Assembly: GCA_937949745.1 (NCBI GenBank)
Contig: CALECM010000048.1
Span: 10,563-74,562, forward strand
Length of the DNA stretch: 64,000 nt
Origin: an uncultured Bacteroidales bacterium
GTDB lineage: Bacteria > Bacteroidota > Bacteroidia > Bacteroidales > WCHB1-69
Direction: 5' to 3'
Translations under genes and position numbers: made by a program
Part shown: one piece after another, positions 18,243 to 27,100 of the stretch
Numbering within the stretch: position 1 is the first letter of the stretch
Layout: each line of letters opens with the position of its first letter
The notes under the pieces: generated by a model
Seen by the model: only the letters and a program-made list of their open reading frames with translations
What the model was told of the DNA's origin: nothing
The model's database searches: none

Positions 18243-18585
18243 ACTCCTCCTTCGATAAACTCAGGGAAAGTAATCCATAAATGTCATTCTGAGTGAAACG
18301 AAGAATCAGATATAACGAATTTATTACTCCACTATTCAATGATTTATTCTATGGACTATTTAATTCGATGTTGCTGCTCCTTTCGGTAAACTGTTCCCTT
18401 CGATGAACTCAGGGAACAATTTATAGCTAAAGGTATTCTATGGTCATTCTGAGAGAAACGACGAATCTGATATAACGAATTTATTTTCTCCATTAATATT
18501 CGATGATTTATTCTATGGACTATTTAATTCGATCTTGCTGCTCCTTTCGGTAAACTGTTCCTTTCGATGAACTCAGGGAACAACA
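18233..18585. repeat. Tandem composite repeat array (about 2.3 units of 148-164 bp), each unit carrying two hairpin motifs
   Basis: Motif B (TCGAYRARCTC loop flanked by GTTCCCT/AGGGAAC) is at about 18235, 18251, 18392 and 18556. Motif A (GTCATTCTGAG..CGAAGAATC) is at 18283-18307 and 18443-18467. About 95 nt between A and the next B is nearly identical in both units. Confidence 0.75.
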
Positions 18586-18619
18586 AGTTAAGATTATATA
18601 AATCCTGCAATCACTTGAT

Positions 18620-18660
18620 AAAAAAGGGAGATGGATACTAAACCATCTCCCTTTATATTT
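18620..18660. terminator. Bidirectional intrinsic terminator between convergent genes
   Basis: AAAAAA-GGGAGATGG-atactaaa-CCATCTCCC-TTTATATTTT. Perfect 9-bp stem with an A-tract and a T-tract on either side, between the DUF2807 gene (+) and the giant gene (-). Confidence 0.75.
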
Positions 18661-18674
18661 TATATGAACCGAAA

Positions 18675-21600
18675 TTAATCCAATTTAACGCAGCGTACAC
18701 TCGCCCGGTTATCTTTACGCATATCTTCCATTTGCAATACCGGACAAAAATAGCGTATATGCGCCACTCTGCCCTGAACCGAATTCCCCGGTTCGGAACT
18801 CCAGAAATAAGCATCTCCCAATAACAATCTGTAACGGTCAGTGGGACGGTCATAGTAGCCGGCCGGTAATGCCGAAAAGCCCGTTTCATTGGTAGCTTCG
18901 GTATCGTCCAGCCATTCGCCCGCTTCCCTTAAAGCATTACTACCATAAGGAATCAGTCTTTCATAGTGTATTTCTCCAGGCAAATACCAGCCATCGGGAC
19001 AAATTCCCTGAGGGTATGCTACTGCCCGTGAAGGACGTACTGTTCGGGAAGCAGAGTACCAGTCATAAAGGTAACCATATTTCAAGCCGTTAGCCAGACT
19101 ATCGCGGTAGCCGGTCGCGTAGTAGGAACCGTAATCGCTTACGGCGCTACCGTCGCTGTAACGGGTCGAATGTAAATTCTCTGCTGTCCAGCAATCACAT
19201 CCTATACGGACCGTACTATACTCATTACCTTCATAATCGACTGCGATTAAATTGGCCACGGAATCTACCGTACCGTCCAATTTATAGATCGTATCGTTAA
19301 TCCCGCAAGGTTTATAATTTAATACCAATCGTAACGTACAGGTTTTGGTCAGGGTCAGGTTACCGGTATCCGTAACACTCCATTCGATCTCATACACTCC
19401 GCTCTCCCGGATAGCTCCTTCCGGAAGATTATTCGTAATAATATAACCGTCGTTCGGCACCACTCCCCCGTTAACCTCAACTTTCGGTTCCTGTAATATA
19501 ATACTAGAGGGCGGAACACCGTAATCCAACGTTACCAAAGTATCCTCAGGGCACAGTATATTAAATATATCACGCCGGTAAACATTTACTTCAAATTCAC
19601 AACGGGCTTCATTACCCGAAGAATCTACTGCGATCCAGGTAACACGGGTAATACCTTCGATAAAAGTCACGCCGTCCAGGGTCGTTCCTTCCCCGGTCAT
19701 GGCATTACTCAACCGGTAATATTTCCGGGCGATCCCGTCGTTATCGGTTGCCGTCACATCCCAGTCCGTACCCGAATGTGTGTAGCTTGTAACAGGAGGA
19801 TTAATCAGAATATTCCGGTTGCCGATATCTTCACAGCTTATTCCGCCGTCACAACCGATACAGGGAGGAACGGTATCCTTTACTATAACCATAAAGCTAC
19901 AGTTGTTTGCGCCACATTCATTCGTAGCGGTTACCGTAACCACGGTAGTATCCCGGTTAAAAGCGTTTCCTGTTCCGGTTCCCGCACCATTACCCTGTAT
20001 GGAACCCGTAAACAAATAAGATATAGCCGTTACATCATTTTCAAAAGACAAGTTATAATTTACTATAACAGAAGAACCGGTTTCCGGTAAATAGGCCACC
20101 AATGGATCCGCCGGACAGTCAATAAACAACGGCGTATTCTTTACCCTTACTATTATCGGGTGAACTACACTTTCACAGTTTCCGTCGGAAGAACGGGCAT
20201 AGAAGACCGTATCTCTCACCGGAATCACATTTGCGGCTATTTCGTTAGTAGCCAGACTATCCAGATAATATTTCACCACACTCAGGGGAGGAGTAATATT
20301 GGAGATCGTAAGGGAAAGATTCACATTGGTACCCACACAAACACTATCAGGCGCATTAACCGTAAAATCGGGCAAGGTCGGACTATACAACATTAGCCGG
20401 ATTGAATCTACACCACTCTGGCAATCCGTGATCGTATCCCGGGAACGTACATAAAATATTTCCGGAGTATTTACGATGAATACCGGTGTTTCCAGAGGAT
20501 CGGCAGTTGCATAATCGTTATAGAATATGACCGTATCATTGACGGAAATATTACTGATATAATCCATCAGGTTCACCATGGTTCCTATACAAACCGTCGC
20601 TTCTCTTTCTATATTAAATTTAGAGAAAGTATCCAAAATTGTAACGGTAAAGTTTCCGGTTCCAATGTTCGGATCCGGAACGGGAACGGTATCCGGATAA
20701 TAACTGGCGGGGATGAAATCTTTTCCGTAAGCCGTTATCTCAGTAATTCCGGGATTAAAAGTAATTCCTTCTAATGTATTGGGAACCGAATCTGCTATGG
20801 TGGCTCCTGTTAAGCGGTACCATACCCGGTCCAGGTTGCAATGATCGGTAATATCCCCGTCCATTAAAGTACTGTCGTTTACAAACGATCCGCAATCGTT
20901 GATATAAACGGTCGTATCCCTCACGTTCACGACAGGCGCGATGGTATCGATAAAATAAGGAACGGCCTGCTCATAGGTAGCGCTACAGTTATTACCATAA
21001 TCCACAACCACCCGGTAAAGGCCATAGGAACTTACGCTGTAAGTACTTCCGGTGGCACCACTGATCAGCCGGTCATTTTTATACCATTTGTATGATAATA
21101 TATCCCCAATCGATTTGGGATCTAATATATAGGGCAGGTCATGGCAGGCTACGACAGTATCGGACAGTACATTATAAGTTTGCGGAGGAGTCAAGAAATT
21201 AAAATTGGTATTACCGCCAAGGTCGGTCCCTACGGCATCGAAAGCGATCGCGGCACAACCGCTGCCCACCGTATCGATAAGGATATTTCGCGGATTAAAG
21301 AAAGGGAACAACCTTCCGCAAGAATTGGGAAAGCGCAGGATAGCCTGTCTTCCGTTAACAGTAAGGTCGCTGGAAGTAAGCGTAAAAATACGGCAAAGGG
21401 TACTGTGTATGATTAAAGTATCCTGAATCGTAACCGAAGAACCCGCTAAAATGGTATGATTGGACGTCGTGCCGCCTATATAGGAATAATCAACCGTATC
21501 GGCTATTATTTGTCCGGTGATCCGGGTCGTGTAATTCCTCAGGGTCAATTTTCCTATCAATACCTGCTGGGTCGTATCCGCCGTAAGGTTAGCATTTACC

Positions 21601-24600
21601 GAAACCGACTCGAAAGAGACAGGCATTGCATTATAGATGGTTACATTAGAAGCACTGGTTTTGACACCTTCCGATCTGAAAAGAGCGCTGTCCTGAATGG
21701 TAAATATCTGATTCCCGTTACTTCTAAAAGTGGTATTGGAAATGTCAACTACATGTCCGTCTTTCTGCACAATCTCTATATTACTGTAGTTTCTTTCGGT
21801 AGTATTGACTGTATTTCCATATATATATAAAGAACCGTCAGTAGATAAAAAACGACTCATTGACATATTACCGTAAATGTATAAAGGACCGGTGCCCGTA
21901 TGCTGGTTATAGTGTCCCGTAGCCGTATAATTTCCATATAGGTAACAAGGTTCGGAAGATTCGAAATAGAAATAACTGGTAGTTACATTGCCATGAACGT
22001 ATAAACTTCCTGATTTATGGAAAATCGTACTGCCTGTTATATTACCCTGTACATCATACCGGCCTCCTTCTATATAAAGATTCAGGGATAATGGAATACC
22101 ATTAGTTTTAATATATTGTGCATCCACATTTGTATCTTTACCTACAAGACGTATCTCAAAATTGCCATTTAAATTCATTGTCATACCGGCTGCCAGCTCC
22201 AGGGAACCGTTTATGTACAGATCCTTATCATTATTAATTACGCCATTATAAAAAACAGGAAGGCTGTCCCCGGCTCCCGGCCTCCAGAACATCGATCCTA
22301 TGTCAACCCGGTATAAATTGTAATATACGGTATCACCCTTCCGGAGAAAAGAGTTTTCATCGAATACAACCGAATTGGAATCCGAAGGTATGACGCAGTG
22401 AGGATTGGTAACTGCCGGATCACCCCCGGAAACCTCAATACTCCAGTGCTTCGGATCATCCCAATTACCGGTACCGCCCACCCAGTAAAAAGTGCCGGAT
22501 TGCGCGGTAATTGCGGGCTCTATCATAACGTTATTCCTGTTATTACCTCCGTCTATTCCCTGTAATACCCACAGGGTATCTCCCACCACATTCAGATAAC
22601 TCACCGTAGCGCGGCTGATTATAGCCGGATAAAAAAGCCTGAATACCGGACTGGAAGTACCCCTTCTTGTAAGGACGGTATTATCATTACATCCGCAAGG
22701 ATCTTCCGTGCAGGCATCCGGTAAATAAAAATATTTACGCACATAATTTGTATCCAAATTATTTCCACTGGCAAAAGAATAGGTCCTGTTGATCGATAAA
22801 ATCAGGCTGTCAGTATCGAATCCCGTGCTGGAGAAGTAAGCGCTGCTTTGGAAATCGAGTTTGTTAAATCTGCTTCCTCTGACCCTGAAATCCAATGAAG
22901 ATTGGGCAGGAGGTAAAGTGGTAAGGTTATGATAAATAAAATTAGTGGAGGCATACATATTTGCATGTAGATAAATATGGGAATCCGAAAAATCGTATGC
23001 CGTCAGGTTTTGATGATACAAGGTACAAATCCTGGTCACAAGTACCGACCCCGAAAGGTCCAGGTAACGGCCCGCGGTGCCGGGCTGGGATTGGGAAATA
23101 AAGGTTCCCCCTTCGGATTTAATGGTATGGTGATTCGCGATAAAGCCACCCGAATGATGAAAAATAGACTGGCTTGTTTTAAAATCGCTGACCAAGGTAT
23201 AGTTACCGGTGCCGGAGAAATAAACGTTCGCCGTATATATAGTATCAGGAGTTGAGCGTACGGTATGTTCCCCATTTCCCGAAAAATAAAGGATACTCGC
23301 GATTCCTTCAGGAATAACACCCGAAAAATCAGCGCTTCCCGCAATGTATAACGGGTTTTCTCCAATCAGTTTTCCTTTTCTTTCCGGGATAATCCAGTAA
23401 ATTCCTTTACAAACGCCCGGAATATCCAGAATAATGGAATCAGAAGTGTTAACGAAAGAATTCTCGTCGACAAAGACCGTATCGACTATGGTCGGCACAC
23501 ATCCCGACGGTCCCTGCACAGGCCCGTCGGGAGAAGTGGCCCAATGCGAAGGATCACTCCAGTTTCCCGTACCACCTCTCCAATAATAACCGGTAGCGGT
23601 ACCTCCGGGGGTAAAAGTGACATTTCCCCTGTTTCCGCCCATATCATCACTTTCGGGAGCCGTCCACATAGCCCCGGTAAAATTAAAGCCCTGGAAACCC
23701 AGGTTTTGGGTCGACTGGGCAACAGGGGTATTAAGGGTACTTCCGACATAACCCGAGAACTGGCTCTTCTCCGCACAATCGGAAGTGTGTATTCCTACCT
23801 GATTCAACACCACGTTGACCGGATAAAAGAATATAAAATTGCCCTGATCCCATAATTCGAGATTCTGTATAGAGAGCCTGGCGGTATTGGTGGCAATTCC
23901 CTTTATCATAATATCATTCCTTGCCCGGATATCCATAGTATCGACTTCCATCACAAACAGATTGGTCGCTCCGGTTACATTGGAATATAAAAAAGATAAT
24001 TCCGAAGAAGCGTTTACCTGAAGATAATTTGTTACGATGTTAAAGGGAAGTCCCCACAATGTAGCAGAAAACTTCGCGGGTTGATTAAGAAAAACACGGT
24101 TAATATTATGAATGCTTCTTCCCGGACTTTGATAACTGTTGGTTCTAAAAAAAGTAAATTCCGCAGGAGCATCTACGATCAGTTCCTCCATATTCACTAC
24201 TATTCCGGTCTGAACATCTATAGTTACCGGACCTTCTACCAATACCTTTTTCAGGTGCAGGTTTCTAACCGCTTCTATTTCGCCAATGTTGTAATTAATA
24301 TGCAATGTATCGTTATTGATGGTCAGATTTGAAAAATATGGAGAATTATTTCCGCCTGTATATCTGATATTAAAATCAGGTGACAATACGACAAGACTAT
24401 CAATGATTAATTCCGTATTGGTGCTTGTAGCGCATAAATATCCCACGGTCGGGTTCCTGAATTCAATGATTTTAAAATGGCTGCTCTGGTTAAAACAGGA
24501 AGGACCATAAGCAATGAAATGACAATCCTCGAAATAAGAAGAATTCCCATATATAGAATTATAATAACTGGAAGCACTGGTGGCATTATGAGTCGTGGTT

Positions 24601-25241
24601 AAAGTAGTACCTGAAAAATCGACAATCCGGTCCGTATAATTACCTGTATTAATTCTATTGGCTGTCACGTCATGGCCTAAAGTATAAAAATAAGTCTCGA
24701 AAGAAGACAGTATGGAATTAACATTTAAATCATTTGCCAGTTCCACCCTTTTTCCGGGTTTTGTAAAATACAGAGTTGCCCCCAGACGGCTCTGAGCAGC
24801 TGGATTGACGTCAATGATGAACCGGCTCGTGGTATCCTCTTCATTATTGACCATGTAAACACTGGTAATATTGAGAGTGATATTCCCGTTAGAAATAATA
24901 TCTCCCGCTATATTAGCTCTTGTAGCGGATATGATGAAAGGGACCGTAGCATCTTCGCAAACCAGGCTCCGCATGTTAATGGTATTGGGGTCTGCAGTTA
25001 AAGACACCTGAGTTGAAGTTGCCGGAAAATGGACGTTATCGTTCAAAGAAGGGGCAAAAGCCGGACTCTCGCCCAATCCGTCGGGAGTGATACTCCAGTT
25101 ACGGGGACTGTTAAAATTCCGGTCCACAGGATTTTGTCTCCAGTACAGGTCGCGACCCTGCCCATAAACCTGGGAGACTGAAAGGAATAATAAAAAAAAG
25201 CTAAAAAGGAATTTTAAAAGGGTAAAAATCTTTCTTTCCAT
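18675..25241 (-). CDS. Giant (2188 aa) secreted surface protein: three beta-helix-like modules, Ig/HYR-like domains, C-terminal Fibrobacter-succinogenes-major-paralogous (TIGR02145-like) domain
   Basis: Signal peptide MERKIFTLLKFLFSFFLLFLSVSQVYGQ. Motif YWxGGTGNWxDPxHW...VFxDENSF occurs at residues about 552 and 917, with a degenerate copy at about 33. HYR-like segments (..RVWYRLTGATIADSVPNTLEGITFNPGITEITAYGKD.., ..KYYRLSNAMTGEGTTLDGVTFIEGITRVTWIAVDSSGNEARCEFEVNV). The C-terminus CWTAENL..YGYLYDW..ICPDGWYLP..TNETGFSALPAGYY..AYFWSS..SVRCVKLD is the TIGR02145 pattern. Confidence 0.8.
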   Translation of the reverse strand: MERKIFTLLKFLFSFFLLFLSVSQVYGQGRDLYWRQNPVDRNFNSPRNWSITPDGLGESPAFAPSLNDNVHFPATSTQVSLTADPNTINMRSLVCEDATVPFIISATRANIAGDIISNGNITLNITSVYMVNNEEDTTSRFIIDVNPAAQSRLGATLYFTKPGKRVELANDLNVNSILSSFETYFYTLGHDVTANRINTGNYTDRIVDFSGTTLTTTHNATSASSYYNSIYGNSSYFEDCHFIAYGPSCFNQSSHFKIIEFRNPTVGYLCATSTNTELIIDSLVVLSPDFNIRYTGGNNSPYFSNLTINNDTLHINYNIGEIEAVRNLHLKKVLVEGPVTIDVQTGIVVNMEELIVDAPAEFTFFRTNSYQSPGRSIHNINRVFLNQPAKFSATLWGLPFNIVTNYLQVNASSELSFLYSNVTGATNLFVMEVDTMDIRARNDIMIKGIATNTARLSIQNLELWDQGNFIFFYPVNVVLNQVGIHTSDCAEKSQFSGYVGSTLNTPVAQSTQNLGFQGFNFTGAMWTAPESDDMGGNRGNVTFTPGGTATGYYWRGGTGNWSDPSHWATSPDGPVQGPSGCVPTIVDTVFVDENSFVNTSDSIILDIPGVCKGIYWIIPERKGKLIGENPLYIAGSADFSGVIPEGIASILYFSGNGEHTVRSTPDTIYTANVYFSGTGNYTLVSDFKTSQSIFHHSGGFIANHHTIKSEGGTFISQSQPGTAGRYLDLSGSVLVTRICTLYHQNLTAYDFSDSHIYLHANMYASTNFIYHNLTTLPPAQSSLDFRVRGSRFNKLDFQSSAYFSSTGFDTDSLILSINRTYSFASGNNLDTNYVRKYFYLPDACTEDPCGCNDNTVLTRRGTSSPVFRLFYPAIISRATVSYLNVVGDTLWVLQGIDGGNNRNNVMIEPAITAQSGTFYWVGGTGNWDDPKHWSIEVSGGDPAVTNPHCVIPSDSNSVVFDENSFLRKGDTVYYNLYRVDIGSMFWRPGAGDSLPVFYNGVINNDKDLYINGSLELAAGMTMNLNGNFEIRLVGKDTNVDAQYIKTNGIPLSLNLYIEGGRYDVQGNITGSTIFHKSGSLYVHGNVTTSYFYFESSEPCYLYGNYTATGHYNQHTGTGPLYIYGNMSMSRFLSTDGSLYIYGNTVNTTERNYSNIEIVQKDGHVVDISNTTFRSNGNQIFTIQDSALFRSEGVKTSASNVTIYNAMPVSFESVSVNANLTADTTQQVLIGKLTLRNYTTRITGQIIADTVDYSYIGGTTSNHTILAGSSVTIQDTLIIHSTLCRIFTLTSSDLTVNGRQAILRFPNSCGRLFPFFNPRNILIDTVGSGCAAIAFDAVGTDLGGNTNFNFLTPPQTYNVLSDTVVACHDLPYILDPKSIGDILSYKWYKNDRLISGATGSTYSVSSYGLYRVVVDYGNNCSATYEQAVPYFIDTIAPVVNVRDTTVYINDCGSFVNDSTLMDGDITDHCNLDRVWYRLTGATIADSVPNTLEGITFNPGITEITAYGKDFIPASYYPDTVPVPDPNIGTGNFTVTILDTFSKFNIEREATVCIGTMVNLMDYISNISVNDTVIFYNDYATADPLETPVFIVNTPEIFYVRSRDTITDCQSGVDSIRLMLYSPTLPDFTVNAPDSVCVGTNVNLSLTISNITPPLSVVKYYLDSLATNEIAANVIPVRDTVFYARSSDGNCESVVHPIIVRVKNTPLFIDCPADPLVAYLPETGSSVIVNYNLSFENDVTAISYLFTGSIQGNGAGTGTGNAFNRDTTVVTVTATNECGANNCSFMVIVKDTVPPCIGCDGGISCEDIGNRNILINPPVTSYTHSGTDWDVTATDNDGIARKYYRLSNAMTGEGTTLDGVTFIEGITRVTWIAVDSSGNEARCEFEVNVYRRDIFNILCPEDTLVTLDYGVPPSSIILQEPKVEVNGGVVPNDGYIITNNLPEGAIRESGVYEIEWSVTDTGNLTLTKTCTLRLVLNYKPCGINDTIYKLDGTVDSVANLIAVDYEGNEYSTVRIGCDCWTAENLHSTRYSDGSAVSDYGSYYATGYRDSLANGLKYGYLYDWYSASRTVRPSRAVAYPQGICPDGWYLPGEIHYERLIPYGSNALREAGEWLDDTEATNETGFSALPAGYYDRPTDRYRLLLGDAYFWSSEPGNSVQGRVAHIRYFCPVLQMEDMRKDNRASVRCVKLD

Positions 25242-25302
25242 AAGAATTAAAGTTTTTATAAAGAATAATTTATTTCAATGCTTTTACTTCAAAAGAAGCG
25301 GG

Positions 25303-25310
25303 CAAAAATA
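25303..25310 (-). promoter_or_regulatory. Candidate -7 box (TATTTTTG on minus strand) for the giant gene
   Basis: The plus strand reads CAAAAATA, about 62 nt upstream of the ATG at 25241. Confidence 0.3.
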
Positions 25311-25685
25311 CATATTTTTTTTACTTTTATTCCACAAATTGACCCTAAAATAATTGATTGTTCTGCCAAAATAAAATTCAAAACTTACAAGTCGTTAACT
25401 ATTAGTCTTTTATTCGATATATATAGAAAAATAATTTTATATATTATTATATATTAGAAAAGTCTTGTTACAGCCTAAAAAAAGCTACACTCTTATCCTT
25501 TCAAAAGTTATTATAAGAATTTATGAAGCATATTTGTTACGGATTTATATTTAAGTCTAATAAAACTAATATGTAAAACTATTTATTAATAATTAAAAAT
25601 ATGCCGAATAGACAATCGAATGATAAATAAAGTTACCAGAGACATGAAAATATCCACCAAAAATCTTTGTAATAAATTGAAATCG

Positions 25686-25693
25686 TATCTTTG
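25686..25693 (+). promoter_or_regulatory. Candidate -7 box TATCTTTG
   Basis: TAnnTTTG match 18 nt upstream of the ATG at 25712. It overlaps the TTG that the ORF track used as the start. Confidence 0.5.
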
Positions 25694-25711
25694 CAAATTC
25701 TAAAACAGAGA

Positions 25712-27046
25712 ATGAAATTTAATGAATTAAATATTTCCACGTCTTTATCCAATGCCCTGGCCGATGCCGGATTGACGGATACTACTACTATTCAGGAAAA
25801 AGCTTTCCCGGTAATCATGTCGGGACGGGATATGGTGGGTATCGCCCAAACCGGAACCGGCAAAACGATAGCATACCTCCTGCCCTGCCTGAGATTATGG
25901 AAATTCACGAAAGAAAAAAATCCGGCTATCATCGTGGTGGTCCCCACACGCGAGCTGGTATTACAGGTAGTGGAACAGGTAAAATTACTCACTGTTTATA
26001 TGCCCGTAAGAGTAGCCGGCGTTTACGGCGGGGTGAATATGAAACAACAGGCTCCTTTTATCCTGGACGGACTGGATATACTGGTGGGCACACCGGGACG
26101 TTTACTGGATTTTGCTTTAAACGGTACCCTTAAGCTACGGGATATTAAACGTTTTATTATCGATGAAGTGGATGAAATGCTGGATCTCGGTTTTCGTCCT
26201 CAATTGATGAGGATCATGGACCTTCTTCCTTCGAAAAGGCAAAACCTGATGTTCTCTGCGACCATTACCCCTGACCTTCAGATTTTCATCCGGGATTTTT
26301 TTATTCAACCGGTCGAAGTAGAAGCGGCCCGCACGGGAACTCCGCTGGAAAATATCAGGCAGGAAGGCTTCGCCGTTCCTAATTTCAATACGAAGGTCAA
26401 TTTCCTGAAACACCTGTTGGAAAATGAACCGGAATTTTCAAAAGTACTGGTCATCACTTCCACCAAAAAAACAGCGGACCTTTTGTATGAACGCCTGCAA
26501 GATCAATTCTCTGAAGAGATGGGCGTGATCCACTCCAATAAATCTCAAAATAACCGTTTCCTGACACTGGAAAAATTTAACCGTAATCAATTCAGGATTC
26601 TCATTGCGACCGATATCGTAGCGCGAGGCCTCGATTTTGACGAGGTTACCCACGTGGTGAACTTCGACATTCCGGAAATACCGGAAGACTATATCCACAG
26701 GATAGGGCGTACGGGACGCGCCGATAAAACGGGTACAGCCCTGACGTTTATCACGAAAGCCGACAATGAAAAAATAAAAGCCATTGAGAAGTTGATGGAC
26801 CGCCCTATTCCTTTATCCGGAATGCCCGAAGAAGTCGAAATTTCGGATATACTTATCGAGGATGAGCTCCCGCAGGTGAAAATGAAAACCATCCTCACAA
26901 AGCCGCCCGCCAGAGAAGAAACGGGACCTGCTTTTCATGAAAAAAAGGATAAAAATAAAAAAGTAAATCAAAAAGTCCGGCGTTCGGAAGCTATGCGTAA
27001 AAAATACGGCAAACCCAAAACCCGGGGACCGAAAAGAAAAAAATAG
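25712..27046 (+). CDS. DEAD-box ATP-dependent RNA helicase (RhlE-like) with basic C-terminal tail
   Basis: Q-motif region, AQTGTGKT, PTRELV, motif II as DEVD, SAT, ARGLD, HRIGRTGR. Lys/Arg-rich tail. Start moved to the first ATG (MKFNELNIS). Confidence 0.9.
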   Translation: MKFNELNISTSLSNALADAGLTDTTTIQEKAFPVIMSGRDMVGIAQTGTGKTIAYLLPCLRLWKFTKEKNPAIIVVVPTRELVLQVVEQVKLLTVYMPVRVAGVYGGVNMKQQAPFILDGLDILVGTPGRLLDFALNGTLKLRDIKRFIIDEVDEMLDLGFRPQLMRIMDLLPSKRQNLMFSATITPDLQIFIRDFFIQPVEVEAARTGTPLENIRQEGFAVPNFNTKVNFLKHLLENEPEFSKVLVITSTKKTADLLYERLQDQFSEEMGVIHSNKSQNNRFLTLEKFNRNQFRILIATDIVARGLDFDEVTHVVNFDIPEIPEDYIHRIGRTGRADKTGTALTFITKADNEKIKAIEKLMDRPIPLSGMPEEVEISDILIEDELPQVKMKTILTKPPAREETGPAFHEKKDKNKKVNQKVRRSEAMRKKYGKPKTRGPKRKK

Positions 27047-27100
27047 AAATATTTAGAAAAAATTATTTACATAATGCTTTTGGCATTCTGATCATTGCCT

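Noticed and set aside
18233-18585. Possible CRISPR array
   Set aside because: The repeat units are about 160 bp with nearly identical 'spacer' parts, which makes this a tandem duplication. There are no 25-40-bp repeats alternating with unique spacers, and no cas genes in the window.
25282-25327. TTTTACTTC / TTTTACTTT sequences upstream of the giant gene that resemble the TTTTACCTC half-site at the LytTR locus
   Set aside because: The spacing is 37 bp rather than 21. One copy lies downstream of the candidate -7 box. Such T-rich 9-mers are expected by chance in this very AT-rich region.
25242-25711. 470-bp very AT-rich region upstream of the giant gene, examined for flanking inverted repeats of an invertible (phase-variable) promoter
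   Set aside because: I could not find a convincing pair of inverted repeats of 12 bp or more bracketing the region by eye, and no recombinase gene is nearby. A computational inverted-repeat search would be needed to exclude it fully.
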